In this document: one piece after another, positions 16,739 to 25,560 of the stretch
Numbering within the stretch: the stretch's first letter is position 1
Layout of the letters: each line of letters starts with the position of its first letter
Assembly: GCA_026129095.1 (NCBI GenBank)
Contig: JAHCIT010000002.1
Coordinates: forward strand, 310,001 to 374,000
Direction: 5' to 3'
From: Deltaproteobacteria bacterium
GTDB lineage: Bacteria; JAGRBM01; JAHCIT01
Length of the DNA stretch: 64,000 nucleotides
Notes under the pieces: model-generated
Database searches by the model: none
The model's input: only the letters and a program-made list of their open reading frames with translations
Told to the model about the DNA's origin: nothing
Translations under genes and position numbers: made by a program

Positions 16739-17731
16739 GTGGCGGAATCGAAAAGACCGGTCTGGATCGGCGCCCTGTTGCTCACGGCGGCACTGGGGAC
16801 GTTGCTGTATTTCCTGGCGGCCGAGGAGGAGCCCCTTCCGGCGCCGGCTCCAGAGCCGGTCCGCATCCTTCCCGGCTCGATGCTGGACCCCGACCGGGGC
16901 AAGGAGCCTCCGGTCGAGCCGCCACTGGAAAAGGGCGAGTTTTTCCATAACCCCGGCGACAAGAACACCTTCTACGGGAGCCCCCGCAACGACCACATGA
17001 CCGGCACCGACGGCGACGATTCGCTCGCCGGCGGCGACGGCGATGACCGGCTGGAGGGCGGCAAGGGAAACGACATGCTGAAGGGCGGCCGGGGGAACGA
17101 CTACCTGGACGGGGGCGAGGGCGACGACCACATCATCGGCAGCGACGGTGACGACCACATCGAGGGCGGCGAGGGCAACGATGTCGTCCGGGGCAGCGAA
17201 GGGAACGACACGATCAATGGCGGCCCCGGAGACGACGTGCTGAACGGCGGCGACGGCGACGACACGATCGACGGCGGCCCCGGCAATGACGAGCTGTACG
17301 GCGAGGAAGGCAACGACGTGCTGACCGGCGGCGAGGGGAAAGATATCCTGGATGGCGGGGACGGCGACGACATCCTCTCCGGCGGCCCCGGCAACGACAT
17401 CCTTTCCGGCGGTGACGGGAATGACCGGCTTCAGGGAGGCCCCGGCGCGGACGAACTGTTCGGTGCGGGCGGCGCGGACGTTTATATCTACGCGGCCGGG
17501 GACGAAGTGGGTGGCCCGGACCGGATCAAGAACTTCAATCCCAGGGAAGGGGACGTGCTGGACCTCGCCGGCGTCATCGCCGGGCGCGGACCGGCCCGCG
17601 AGGCCTTGCGGATGAACGGCTCCATGCTCCAGATCCGCGCCGGACAGGACGAGTGGATAGACCTCGTTGACCTCGGCCGGGGCAACCACATCCTGGACGA
17701 GCTGATCGACAGCGGCGCGATCCGGTACTGA
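16739..17731 (+). CDS. RTX (hemolysin-type) calcium-binding repeat protein with N-terminal membrane anchor
   Basis: More than 15 tandem GGxGxDxLx nonapeptides; C-terminal DRIKNFNPREGDVLDL; N-terminal hydrophobic helix; SD GGAGG before GTG. Confidence 0.88.
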   Translation: MAESKRPVWIGALLLTAALGTLLYFLAAEEEPLPAPAPEPVRILPGSMLDPDRGKEPPVEPPLEKGEFFHNPGDKNTFYGSPRNDHMTGTDGDDSLAGGDGDDRLEGGKGNDMLKGGRGNDYLDGGEGDDHIIGSDGDDHIEGGEGNDVVRGSEGNDTINGGPGDDVLNGGDGDDTIDGGPGNDELYGEEGNDVLTGGEGKDILDGGDGDDILSGGPGNDILSGGDGNDRLQGGPGADELFGAGGADVYIYAAGDEVGGPDRIKNFNPREGDVLDLAGVIAGRGPAREALRMNGSMLQIRAGQDEWIDLVDLGRGNHILDELIDSGAIRY

Positions 17732-17902
17732 GCGGCGGCATCGCCGCGGCTGTGTCACCATGGATGCCGTTTGGCGAATGCATGCCCTGAGCCGCTTTGC
17801 GGGCTACGAAGGGCATCCTTCGCCGGTACTCATACGGCGTCAACAACTGGCTGTGAGTGGTTTCCTGTATGGCCTGCCATCCGAAGCCCGCAGGGCCAAG
17901 GA

Positions 17903-17987
17903 TGGTGCGGATGGTGGGACTTGAACCCACACGCCGTTAGGCGCCACCCCCTCAAGATGGTGTGTCTGCCAATTCCACCACATCCGC
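17903..17987 (-). tRNA. tRNA-Leu(GAG)
   Basis: GCGGATGTGGTGGAATTGGCAGACACACCATCTTGAGGGGGTGGCGCCTAACGGCGTGTGGGTTCAAGTCCCACCATCCGCACCA: cloverleaf with long variable arm, anticodon GAG and encoded CCA; usual position after secG. Confidence 0.96.
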
Positions 17988-18086
17988 ATGAGAACCGGGA
18001 GGCCGCATCCCAGGGGAAGGCCGGCCGTCCGGAGGAGTTCCTGTTATAGCCGCTCGCGCCCGCCTTTCAAGTGGGAAGGTCCGTGG

Positions 18087-18470
18087 CTACTGCGCCGCTT
18101 CTTCGGCAGCGGCGGGCTTTTCGCTGGCGGCTGGGTCAGCAGCGGGCGGCGTCGCGGCCGGGGCGCCGGCGGTTTTTTCCGCCGCCGTTGCTGCCTGGAC
18201 CTCGGCTGCCTTCTCGTCCTCGCCGCCGATTACGGAGCCGGTGGTACTCTTGATGAAATACGAAAGCGTGAAGCTCGTGATGAAGAACACCACGGCAAAA
18301 CCGGCCGTCAGCTTCTTCTTGAACGACTCACCGCCGCCCGCGCCCATGAGCGACGACGATCCGCCGCCGCCGAAGGCCGTGCCCATGTCCGCCGATCCGG
18401 TCTGGATCAGCACCAGGACCACGAGGCAGGCCGCCACAAGCCAGTGAATAACCGTCAGAAATGTTTCCAT
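18087..18470 (-). CDS. secG: Preprotein translocase subunit SecG
   Basis: LVVLVLIQ...ADMGTAFGGG...KLTAGFAVVFFITS; tpiA-secG-tRNA-Leu synteny. Confidence 0.95.
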   Translation of the reverse strand: METFLTVIHWLVAACLVVLVLIQTGSADMGTAFGGGGSSSLMGAGGGESFKKKLTAGFAVVFFITSFTLSYFIKSTTGSVIGGEDEKAAEVQAATAAEKTAGAPAATPPAADPAASEKPAAAEEAAQ

Positions 18471-18515
18471 ATTCCCAATCCTGTTCCGGGCAGAGGGCTG
18501 CCGGGAGGGCGGAGC

Positions 18516-19265
18516 CTAGCCGCAACCCACGATGGCAGTAAAGTCCGAAGCCTTCAGGCTGGCGCCGCCGACCAGAAGCCCATCAACTTCCTTAATTCCC
18601 AGTATTTCCGCTGAGTTATCACGGCTCACGCTGCCGCCATAGAGAACCGGCACCGTTTCGGCTGGTTTTCCATAGCCCCGGACCACCTGCTGCCGGATGT
18701 GGCCGTGGGCGGCGGCGATCTGCTCGGCGGTGGCCGTCTGCCCGGTCCCGATGGCCCAGACGGGCTCGTAGGCGATCCAGCAGCGGCCCACCTGTTCGGG
18801 CGTCAAGTCGAGGAACGCCCCGCGGATCTGCTCGTCCAGAACGGTCACGGTCAGTCCCGCGCCGCGTTCAGTACCGGTTTCCCCCACGCAGACAAGCGGC
18901 ACAAGACCCGCCTCTAGCGCAGCGCTTATCTTGGCGTTGATGAGGGGGCTCCGCTCCTTCAGTTGCTGCCGCCGCTCGGAATGACCGATGACCGCGAACA
19001 CCCCGCCGGCGTCCCTGATCTGGGTGCAGGCAACCTGTCCGGTCGCGGCCCCCTCTGGCCGGTCGGAGCAGTCCTGCGCGCCCACGATCCACGGCGTGCC
19101 GGAAAGGGCGCGGGCCACCTGGGCCAGATGCAGGAAACCCGGCGCCACGCCGGCCGTGACGTCCGCCGGCGGCTTTGCCTTCGCCAGCGCACCGGCGATC
19201 TCCGCCGCCTGCGCAGCGGTGAAGTGCATCTTCCAGTTGCCGATGATGTGGCGGCGAATGGTCAC
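18516..19265 (-). CDS. tpiA: Triosephosphate isomerase
   Basis: GNWKM, IGHSERR, AYEPVWAIGTG, YGGSV and LVGGASL motifs. Confidence 0.97.
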   Translation of the reverse strand: MTIRRHIIGNWKMHFTAAQAAEIAGALAKAKPPADVTAGVAPGFLHLAQVARALSGTPWIVGAQDCSDRPEGAATGQVACTQIRDAGGVFAVIGHSERRQQLKERSPLINAKISAALEAGLVPLVCVGETGTERGAGLTVTVLDEQIRGAFLDLTPEQVGRCWIAYEPVWAIGTGQTATAEQIAAAHGHIRQQVVRGYGKPAETVPVLYGGSVSRDNSAEILGIKEVDGLLVGGASLKASDFTAIVGCG

Positions 19266-20272
19266 AGGCGCCCACCCACATACCGCGCCAGGTCCAGCAT
19301 CCGCGCCGAGTAGCCGGTTTCATTGTCGTACCAGCCGACCACTTTCACGAGGCCATCGCCCATGGTCTGCGTCAGCCGGGAATCGAAGATGCACGAGGCG
19401 GGATTGCCCGTGAAATCCACCGAGACGAGCGGCCGGTCCTCGTATTCCAGAACGCCCCTGAGAGAGCCCTCAGCCGCCTTCCGCATCGCCTCGTTCACGG
19501 CGTCGCGGTCCGCCTTGCGGCTGACCTGCACGGTGAGGTCCGTCAGCGAGACATCCGGTGTCGGCACCCGGACGGCATAGCCCGAAAGCCGCCCCTTCAG
19601 GTGCGGCAGCACCAGTCCCACCGCCTTGGCGGCGCCGGTCGTCGTGGGAATCATGCTGAGCGCGGCGCCCCGGGCCCGCCGGAGATCCTTCTTGTGCGGG
19701 GCGTCGTGGATGTTCTGGTCGTTGGTGTAGGAATGCACGGTCACCATCAGGCCGGCCGTGATGTCGAATGCGCTGTCCAGGACCATCGCCATCGGGGCGA
19801 GGCAGTTGGTCGTGCAGGAGGCGTTGGAGATCACAAGGTCGGTCTTCGGGTCGTACGTCTCGTGGTTGACCTTGTAGGCAAAGGTCCGGATTTCCGGCGA
19901 CTTGGGCGGCGCCGACAGGATCACGCGCCGGGCGCCGGCGTCCAGGTGCTTTTTTGCCAGTTCGGTCTTGAGGAGCCGGCCCGTGCACTCAAGGACGATA
20001 TCAACGCCCAGTTCCTTCCAGGGCAGCTTTTCCGGTTCCGGCACCGACGTGTAGCGGAACCGGCGGCCGCCCGCCACGATCTCTCCGCCCCCGGCCTTCA
20101 CCGGCGAGGCGAGCCGTCCGTGAATCGAATCGAACTCCAGAAGGTGCGCCATCTGCTCGATGGGCGCGAGATCGTTCACCGCGACGATCTCGATTCCGGC
20201 GGGATCGTTCATCCACAGCCGCGCCGCCACGCGCCCGATGCGCCCGAAACCGTTGATTGCCACCCGTGTCAT
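19262..20272 (-). CDS. gap: Type I glyceraldehyde-3-phosphate dehydrogenase
   Basis: INGFGRIGR, SNASCTTNCLAP and WYDNE motifs. Confidence 0.97.
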   Translation of the reverse strand: MTRVAINGFGRIGRVAARLWMNDPAGIEIVAVNDLAPIEQMAHLLEFDSIHGRLASPVKAGGGEIVAGGRRFRYTSVPEPEKLPWKELGVDIVLECTGRLLKTELAKKHLDAGARRVILSAPPKSPEIRTFAYKVNHETYDPKTDLVISNASCTTNCLAPMAMVLDSAFDITAGLMVTVHSYTNDQNIHDAPHKKDLRRARGAALSMIPTTTGAAKAVGLVLPHLKGRLSGYAVRVPTPDVSLTDLTVQVSRKADRDAVNEAMRKAAEGSLRGVLEYEDRPLVSVDFTGNPASCIFDSRLTQTMGDGLVKVVGWYDNETGYSARMLDLARYVGGRL

Positions 20273-20469
20273 CGCTGAAAACCACTCCCGGCGGCCCAGG
20301 GGCCGCCAGCCTCATCTTCGTCAACGAAATCATGTAATTCCGGCACCCCTGCCGGTCAATGACAGGCACCGGCGGCCGGACCAGCACTTTCATGCCGCAG
20401 AAAAGGCAAAACGCCCGTCCCGTGAGAGATTCGGGACGGGCGCCAGCCGGAAACCGCCTGTCCGGCGGA

Positions 20470-21057
20470 TCACATCGGGGCCAGGAGCATGCCGGCCGTC
20501 ATGGCGAGCGACATGTCGCCGCCCAGACGGATCTTGCCGGCCATGAACGCCTGCTGCGGAGGCATCCGCGTCTCGCGCATCTCGTTCAGCTCGGCCTCCG
20601 AGGTCTCGATCGTGCAGCGCGGGTTCACGAGGTCGGCCGGGCCCACGAAGCCGATGCCGATCAGCGCATCGCCCTCATCCGTGGCGATCTTGATCATCAT
20701 CGTGCCCGAAAGCTGCTGGCGGATCATATCCACCTTCGTCTGGTCGGGAACCATCTTGAGCATGTTCCCCACCTGGCCCGAGATGTCGCGGTCCAGTTCG
20801 CCGCCTGCCCGCTTCATTCCCATGTCGTAGGCCTGCCGGTTGGTCTTGACCGTCACAAGGGGGTCTTTCGCCCCGCCAGCCGAAATCCTGGGCTTGCCGC
20901 CTTCGGTCTTGATCGTCCACACGCCGCCGCCATCGCCCTCGATCGTCACTTCAAACTGGACGCCAAGGTCCGGGAAGGTGACGTCGCCGAGCTCGGCGAG
21001 CTTTTTGGGGATGAACTCCTCGATCAGCTGCTTGGGTGTCATGTCCGCATTTGCCAT
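20470..21057 (-). CDS. Tandem SCP2 sterol/lipid-binding domain protein
   Basis: GDGGGVWTI...and PQQAFMAGKIRLGGDMSLAM (SCP2 signature). Start MANADM at 21057 follows AAGGAG. Confidence 0.8.
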   Translation of the reverse strand: MANADMTPKQLIEEFIPKKLAELGDVTFPDLGVQFEVTIEGDGGGVWTIKTEGGKPRISAGGAKDPLVTVKTNRQAYDMGMKRAGGELDRDISGQVGNMLKMVPDQTKVDMIRQQLSGTMMIKIATDEGDALIGIGFVGPADLVNPRCTIETSEAELNEMRETRMPPQQAFMAGKIRLGGDMSLAMTAGMLLAPM

Positions 21058-21251
21058 GATGTTTCTCCTTCCAGTGCTCCGCTCCGTCACGACCCCGCAT
21101 GCGGTTGCGGGGTTCCTGCAGAGGGGCTGTAACCTTCCATCGCCCGGTACTTCATATTTGGGCCTGACGTACGTAGCACCGGCCATTGCGAAGCGGCAAG
21201 CTCTGGCGGGGTTTGGCGAATCCTCCAAAAAAACATAGGTTTGGTGCAGTC

Positions 21252-22205
21252 ATGAACTACCTGTTCCGACTCCCGCTGCCCACGGTAATCGCAGCCGCGT
21301 CGTTTCTTGCCGCCTGCGAGGTGCCCCAGGTCCCCCGTCCGTCCAGCGAGACGTTCGTGACGATCGACGGCATCACGACCCGCTACCGCCACCGGGAGGG
21401 TCCGGCGCCCTGCCACCTGCTCTATCTTCACGGTTTTGCCGCTTCTGTGGAGACCTGGGACGCATTGATCGCCCGCCAGCCCGGCGGATGCACCGCCTGG
21501 GCCTTTGACCAGCCGGGCTTCGGCCTGTCGGACCGGCCAAGTCCGGCGCAGTATGCCTATGGACCCCAGGCTTTTGCCCGGCATGCGTCCAGGTTCATGG
21601 AGCAGATGGGTATCGGGCGGGCGTTCGTCGCGGGAAACTCCATGGGCGGGGCAGTTGCCATGATGCTGGCCCGGCTGTCGCCCGGAAAGGTGGAGGGGCT
21701 CATCCTGATCGATGCCAAATACACGGCCCTGAGCGTCCCCGGCCCGTTCTTTCTCCTGAACAGCACCGCCATGGCCGAACTGGCCTTCACGTTCATGACC
21801 CGGACCGCCATGCGGGCCGGGCTCCAGATGGCCTATCACGACAACCGGCTGGTGACGCCCGAACTGGTGACCCGGTACCACGAACCGCTCCAGTATGCGG
21901 GTTCGGTTCCAGCCTGGGGGGCCGCCTTCCGCGAACTGCAGCGGTGGTCGGCCAATTTCGCCCGCTATGAGGCACGCCAGATCACCCAGCCCACGACCAT
22001 CATCTGGGGCGAGGATGACCTCCTGCTGCCCCTGAACGACGGCTACCGGCTGAAATACGACATCCCCGGCAGCGATCTCATCGTGCTGGGCGAGTGCGGG
22101 CACGTTCCGCAGGAAGAGATGCCCGGCGAGACGGCCCGGATCATCGACGAGTTCATCCGCGCCCATACCGGCGTCAGGCCGGAACAGGACGGCAGCAGTC
22201 CATGA
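21252..22205 (+). CDS. Alpha/beta-fold hydrolase, predicted lipoprotein
   Basis: Lipobox LAAC; HGF, DQPGFG, nucleophile GNSMGG, WGEDD and GHVPQEE. Confidence 0.9.
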   Translation: MNYLFRLPLPTVIAAASFLAACEVPQVPRPSSETFVTIDGITTRYRHREGPAPCHLLYLHGFAASVETWDALIARQPGGCTAWAFDQPGFGLSDRPSPAQYAYGPQAFARHASRFMEQMGIGRAFVAGNSMGGAVAMMLARLSPGKVEGLILIDAKYTALSVPGPFFLLNSTAMAELAFTFMTRTAMRAGLQMAYHDNRLVTPELVTRYHEPLQYAGSVPAWGAAFRELQRWSANFARYEARQITQPTTIIWGEDDLLLPLNDGYRLKYDIPGSDLIVLGECGHVPQEEMPGETARIIDEFIRAHTGVRPEQDGSSP

Positions 22206-23194
22206 AGATCCTGGTTACCGGCGCAACCGGATTCGTGGGCTCCCATGTGGCCCGCGCCCTGCTCCGGCTCGGCCACGAGGTGACGCTGTTTCACCGGAAG
22301 AGTTCAAAGCTGGACATCCTGGAAGGCGATGAGGCGCGCATGGGACACGCCATCGGCGATCTCGGCGACGCCGAAAGCTGCCTTGCGGCGGCCCGGGGGC
22401 AGGAGGCCGTGTTTCACGTGGCCGGGGACGTGGACCAGGGCGATGGCGACGTCGAGCGGCAGTACCGGATCAACGTGCAGGGGACGCGCAACATCTGCGA
22501 AGGGGCGCTCCAGCACAGGATCAGGCGGTTCGTGCATACCTCCAGCGTCTCGGCGATCGGCTACTCGCCGTACGGCGCCGAGTGTGACGAGACGACACCG
22601 TTCAACTTTGGACCGCTTGGACTCACCTACATGGAAACCAAGAACCAGGCCGAGTTCGTCGTGCAGGAATACGTCCGCCGGGGGCTCAACGCGGTGATCG
22701 TGAACCCCTCGACCCTGTACGGTCCCGGCGACCGCAAGTCGCTCATGGCCGAATCGGTCCGGGCGGCGGCGATGGGGCGGATGCCCGCCGTTCCGTCGGG
22801 CGGGATGAACTGGGTCTACGTGGACGACGTGACCAGCTGCCATCTGCTTGCCTTTGAAAAGGGACGCACGGGCGAGCGTTATATCGCTGCCGGGGAGAAC
22901 ATGGCCTTCCTTGAATTTGCCCGGCGCATTGCCCGGCTCAATGGCCGCCGGGGGCCGCTGGCGACCATTCCTCCAGTGGTATCCGTTGCCGGAGCGAGGG
23001 TTATTCGGGCCGCCTCATGGCTGACCCGCCGCCCGCCGCCATTTTCAGTGCCGTCGGCCCGCGTCTCGGCCGAGCGTTTGTACTATTCATCGCGCAAGGC
23101 GGTCAGTGAACTGGGATACCGGATCACGCCGTTCGATGAAGGAATGAAGCGTACGCTGGCCTGGATGCGCCATGCCGGATACCTGAAGGACTGA
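22202..23194 (+). CDS. NAD-dependent epimerase/dehydratase (HpnA/dihydroflavonol reductase-like extended SDR)
   Basis: GATGFVG, TSS and YxxxK (YMETK); ATGA overlap with the upstream gene. Confidence 0.9.
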   Translation: MKILVTGATGFVGSHVARALLRLGHEVTLFHRKSSKLDILEGDEARMGHAIGDLGDAESCLAAARGQEAVFHVAGDVDQGDGDVERQYRINVQGTRNICEGALQHRIRRFVHTSSVSAIGYSPYGAECDETTPFNFGPLGLTYMETKNQAEFVVQEYVRRGLNAVIVNPSTLYGPGDRKSLMAESVRAAAMGRMPAVPSGGMNWVYVDDVTSCHLLAFEKGRTGERYIAAGENMAFLEFARRIARLNGRRGPLATIPPVVSVAGARVIRAASWLTRRPPPFSVPSARVSAERLYYSSRKAVSELGYRITPFDEGMKRTLAWMRHAGYLKD

Positions 23195-23200
23195 CTGATC

Positions 23201-23740
23201 ATGGCCGGTCCGGTTGCCGCGATCCTCACCGCCGATCTGGACGATCTGCGCGATGAGACCTGGAATGCCCTGCGGATGGCGGCGGCGTACCTTGTGCCCG
23301 GCGGAGCGGACATCGCACTGGCCCGGCTGGGAAGCAGGGGGCGGCTCGTCTCACTCCGGATCGTCCACCGGGGAAAGATCCGGACCTGCGTGGTCGAACT
23401 GACTGTCTACCCGGCCGGACAGCCCACCTGGGCAAGCTCCTGCCAGTTCCGCCTGCCGCTCTCGCGGGGCGCGGTGACGACGTTCAACTGGACGCGCCGG
23501 GGACGTGCGCTGTCGCTGCCCGAAACCGGCAGCCGGGCGGACGGCCAGTACCCCCTGTCGATGGCCCTTCCGGAGGAGGCTGGCGACGGGCTCGTTGCCC
23601 TGAAGGCGCGGATCGTCGAGCCCCGGAGCCGCCGTCCCCGCGTGCTCAAGATTTACCTTGAGCCAATGCTCGCCGACGAGCGGCCGCTCGTTGACGCCGG
23701 GGACGATCTCCCCGGCGAGGCAGCGGACGGCGATTCCTGA
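23201..23740 (+). CDS. Hypothetical protein
   Basis: Exactly fills the gap in a coupled operon (6 nt after one stop, TGATG overlap with the next start); no motif recognised. Confidence 0.55.
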   Translation: MAGPVAAILTADLDDLRDETWNALRMAAAYLVPGGADIALARLGSRGRLVSLRIVHRGKIRTCVVELTVYPAGQPTWASSCQFRLPLSRGAVTTFNWTRRGRALSLPETGSRADGQYPLSMALPEEAGDGLVALKARIVEPRSRRPRVLKIYLEPMLADERPLVDAGDDLPGEAADGDS

Positions 23741-25002
23741 TGCGTGTTCTCCATGTCATCCAGCGGTATCCGCCAGCCATCGGCGGCTCGGAACTCTGGG
23801 CCGCGCAGGTGGCCCGCCACCAGGTGAGCCAGGGCTGGAAGGCCACGGTCATGACGCTGGCCATCAACCTGGAGGACGAATACTGGGCACTGCCGGAACC
23901 CGCCGCCCGGAACATCGATCTCGGCCCGGCAGACGATGACCACGGCGTACGCGTGCTCCGCTATCCGCGCACGCTCCTCAATCCGTTCAAGATCAAGCGG
24001 TCCACGAATCCCGTGCTGAGCCGGCCCGGCCTTGATCCGGTGTTCGACCTTTTTTTCTCCGGGCCGCATTCGCTGGAACTTTACGGCGCGCTCCCGCTGG
24101 AGGCCGCCCGGCATGACGTCATTCATGTCCACGCATTCCCCTATCCGCACAACCGGGCCGGAATCTGGACCGCCCGGCTCCTGGGAAAGCCGGTTGTCTG
24201 CACTCCGCATTTTCACCCCGGGCTTCCCGGCTTCGAATCCGGCCGGACGCTCAGGCTGCTCAGGAGATGTGGCGCCGTGTTCTGCGTGAGCAGGTGGGAA
24301 CAGGACTACCTTGCGGGGAAGGGGCTCCTCCCGGCCAGGCTCGTCGTGACGGGCAACGGCATTGACCGGTCGGGATTCGACACTCCGCTCGATCCGCTGT
24401 TCCGGTACCGGCTTGAGCGGACCCACCAGATTCCGGCTGATGCGCCGCTGGCGGCGGTGATCAGCCGGAAAGTGCCGCAGAAGGGGATGGCCTTCCTGTT
24501 CGACATCGCCCGCGAAATCGTGCGGCGCGGGCTGCCGGTCAGGATCGCCGTCGCAGGGCCGCCGAGCGCCTGGTTCGACGACATCTGGCCCCGCCAGCCC
24601 GCCAGTGTCCGCTCGGTGATTGCCGACGTGGGGCCGCTGACCACCCGCGACAAGATACAGCTACTCAGGCACAGCCGGATGCTGCTGCTGCCCTCGCGTC
24701 ACGAGGCGTTCGGCATCGTGATGCTGGAGGCCTGGGCGGCCGGGATTCCGGTGGTGACGACCGATTCGGGTGCGTTGCCCTCGATCGTCAACGGCGGCGG
24801 GCTCACCGCCCCTTATGACAACAGTCCGGCGTTCGTGGACTGCATTGAGCGGTTTCTCAGAGACGAAACACTGGCAAGGGCGGCCGCCAGGGCCGGTGCA
24901 AACCAGATGGACACCACACACCGCTGGGACCGGATCGGCGACACGGTGATGGAAACGGTCGAACGGGTGGCGAAACCGGAAACGCAGAGCACTATTCGCT
25001 GA
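23740..25002 (+). CDS. Glycosyltransferase family 4
   Basis: YPPAIGGSE, NGID and PSRHEAFGIVMLEAWAAGIPVV motifs. Confidence 0.92.
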   Translation: MRVLHVIQRYPPAIGGSELWAAQVARHQVSQGWKATVMTLAINLEDEYWALPEPAARNIDLGPADDDHGVRVLRYPRTLLNPFKIKRSTNPVLSRPGLDPVFDLFFSGPHSLELYGALPLEAARHDVIHVHAFPYPHNRAGIWTARLLGKPVVCTPHFHPGLPGFESGRTLRLLRRCGAVFCVSRWEQDYLAGKGLLPARLVVTGNGIDRSGFDTPLDPLFRYRLERTHQIPADAPLAAVISRKVPQKGMAFLFDIAREIVRRGLPVRIAVAGPPSAWFDDIWPRQPASVRSVIADVGPLTTRDKIQLLRHSRMLLLPSRHEAFGIVMLEAWAAGIPVVTTDSGALPSIVNGGGLTAPYDNSPAFVDCIERFLRDETLARAAARAGANQMDTTHRWDRIGDTVMETVERVAKPETQSTIR

Positions 25003-25549
25003 ATATCTGCGCCTCGAACCGCTCGAGCCTCGCCGACCGCCAGGCATCGCGGTGCAAACCAGCCTTCTCGCAGGTGGCTTCCAGAAAGCCGGTGGCGTCG
25101 AATCCCCATTCGACCGCCACCTGGGGGAGCAGCAGGCCCCTGTGCATTCCCTTTTCGACAATAAGCCCATCGCGGCCAATGACGATATCCTCCGGCCCTG
25201 ATACCGGAACGGGTTGGGTCAGTACCGACACCTCGACATGCAGGGAGGGAACCTCGGCGGCCCTGACCGGATCGAACCTTGGGTCCCTCAGGGCGGCCGA
25301 GAGAGCGCAGTCGGCGACTGTCTGATAGAGCGGGCGGCCGAAATCGAGCGTGCCGATGCAGCCGCGAAGATCGCCCGCTTTCGTGAGGGTCACGAAGGCT
25401 GCACCGGGCGCACGGAGCGCGGGTGTGAGGGCTTCCGCCACCGGCCGGTGTTCGGGCCTGCCAGTGATCCGGTGCTCGATCGCTGCCCGCGCAATCACGA
25501 GAAGCTCGCGGCCCTCCGAATCCGTCAGCTTCCGGACCTCCGGGCTCAT
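24992..25549 (-). CDS. AMMECR1 domain protein (AmmeMemoRadiSam system protein A)
   Basis: AFVTL...LRGCIG, DPRF, EVSVL, GRDGL, GLLLPQV and CEKAG motifs. Confidence 0.92.
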   Translation of the reverse strand: MSPEVRKLTDSEGRELLVIARAAIEHRITGRPEHRPVAEALTPALRAPGAAFVTLTKAGDLRGCIGTLDFGRPLYQTVADCALSAALRDPRFDPVRAAEVPSLHVEVSVLTQPVPVSGPEDIVIGRDGLIVEKGMHRGLLLPQVAVEWGFDATGFLEATCEKAGLHRDAWRSARLERFEAQIFSE

Positions 25550-25560
25550 GCCTGCCGTCC

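Noticed and set aside
17000-17480. 27-bp periodic DNA repeats as a possible CRISPR or VNTR
   Set aside because: Degenerate coding repeats of RTX nonapeptides; no constant repeat with unique spacers.
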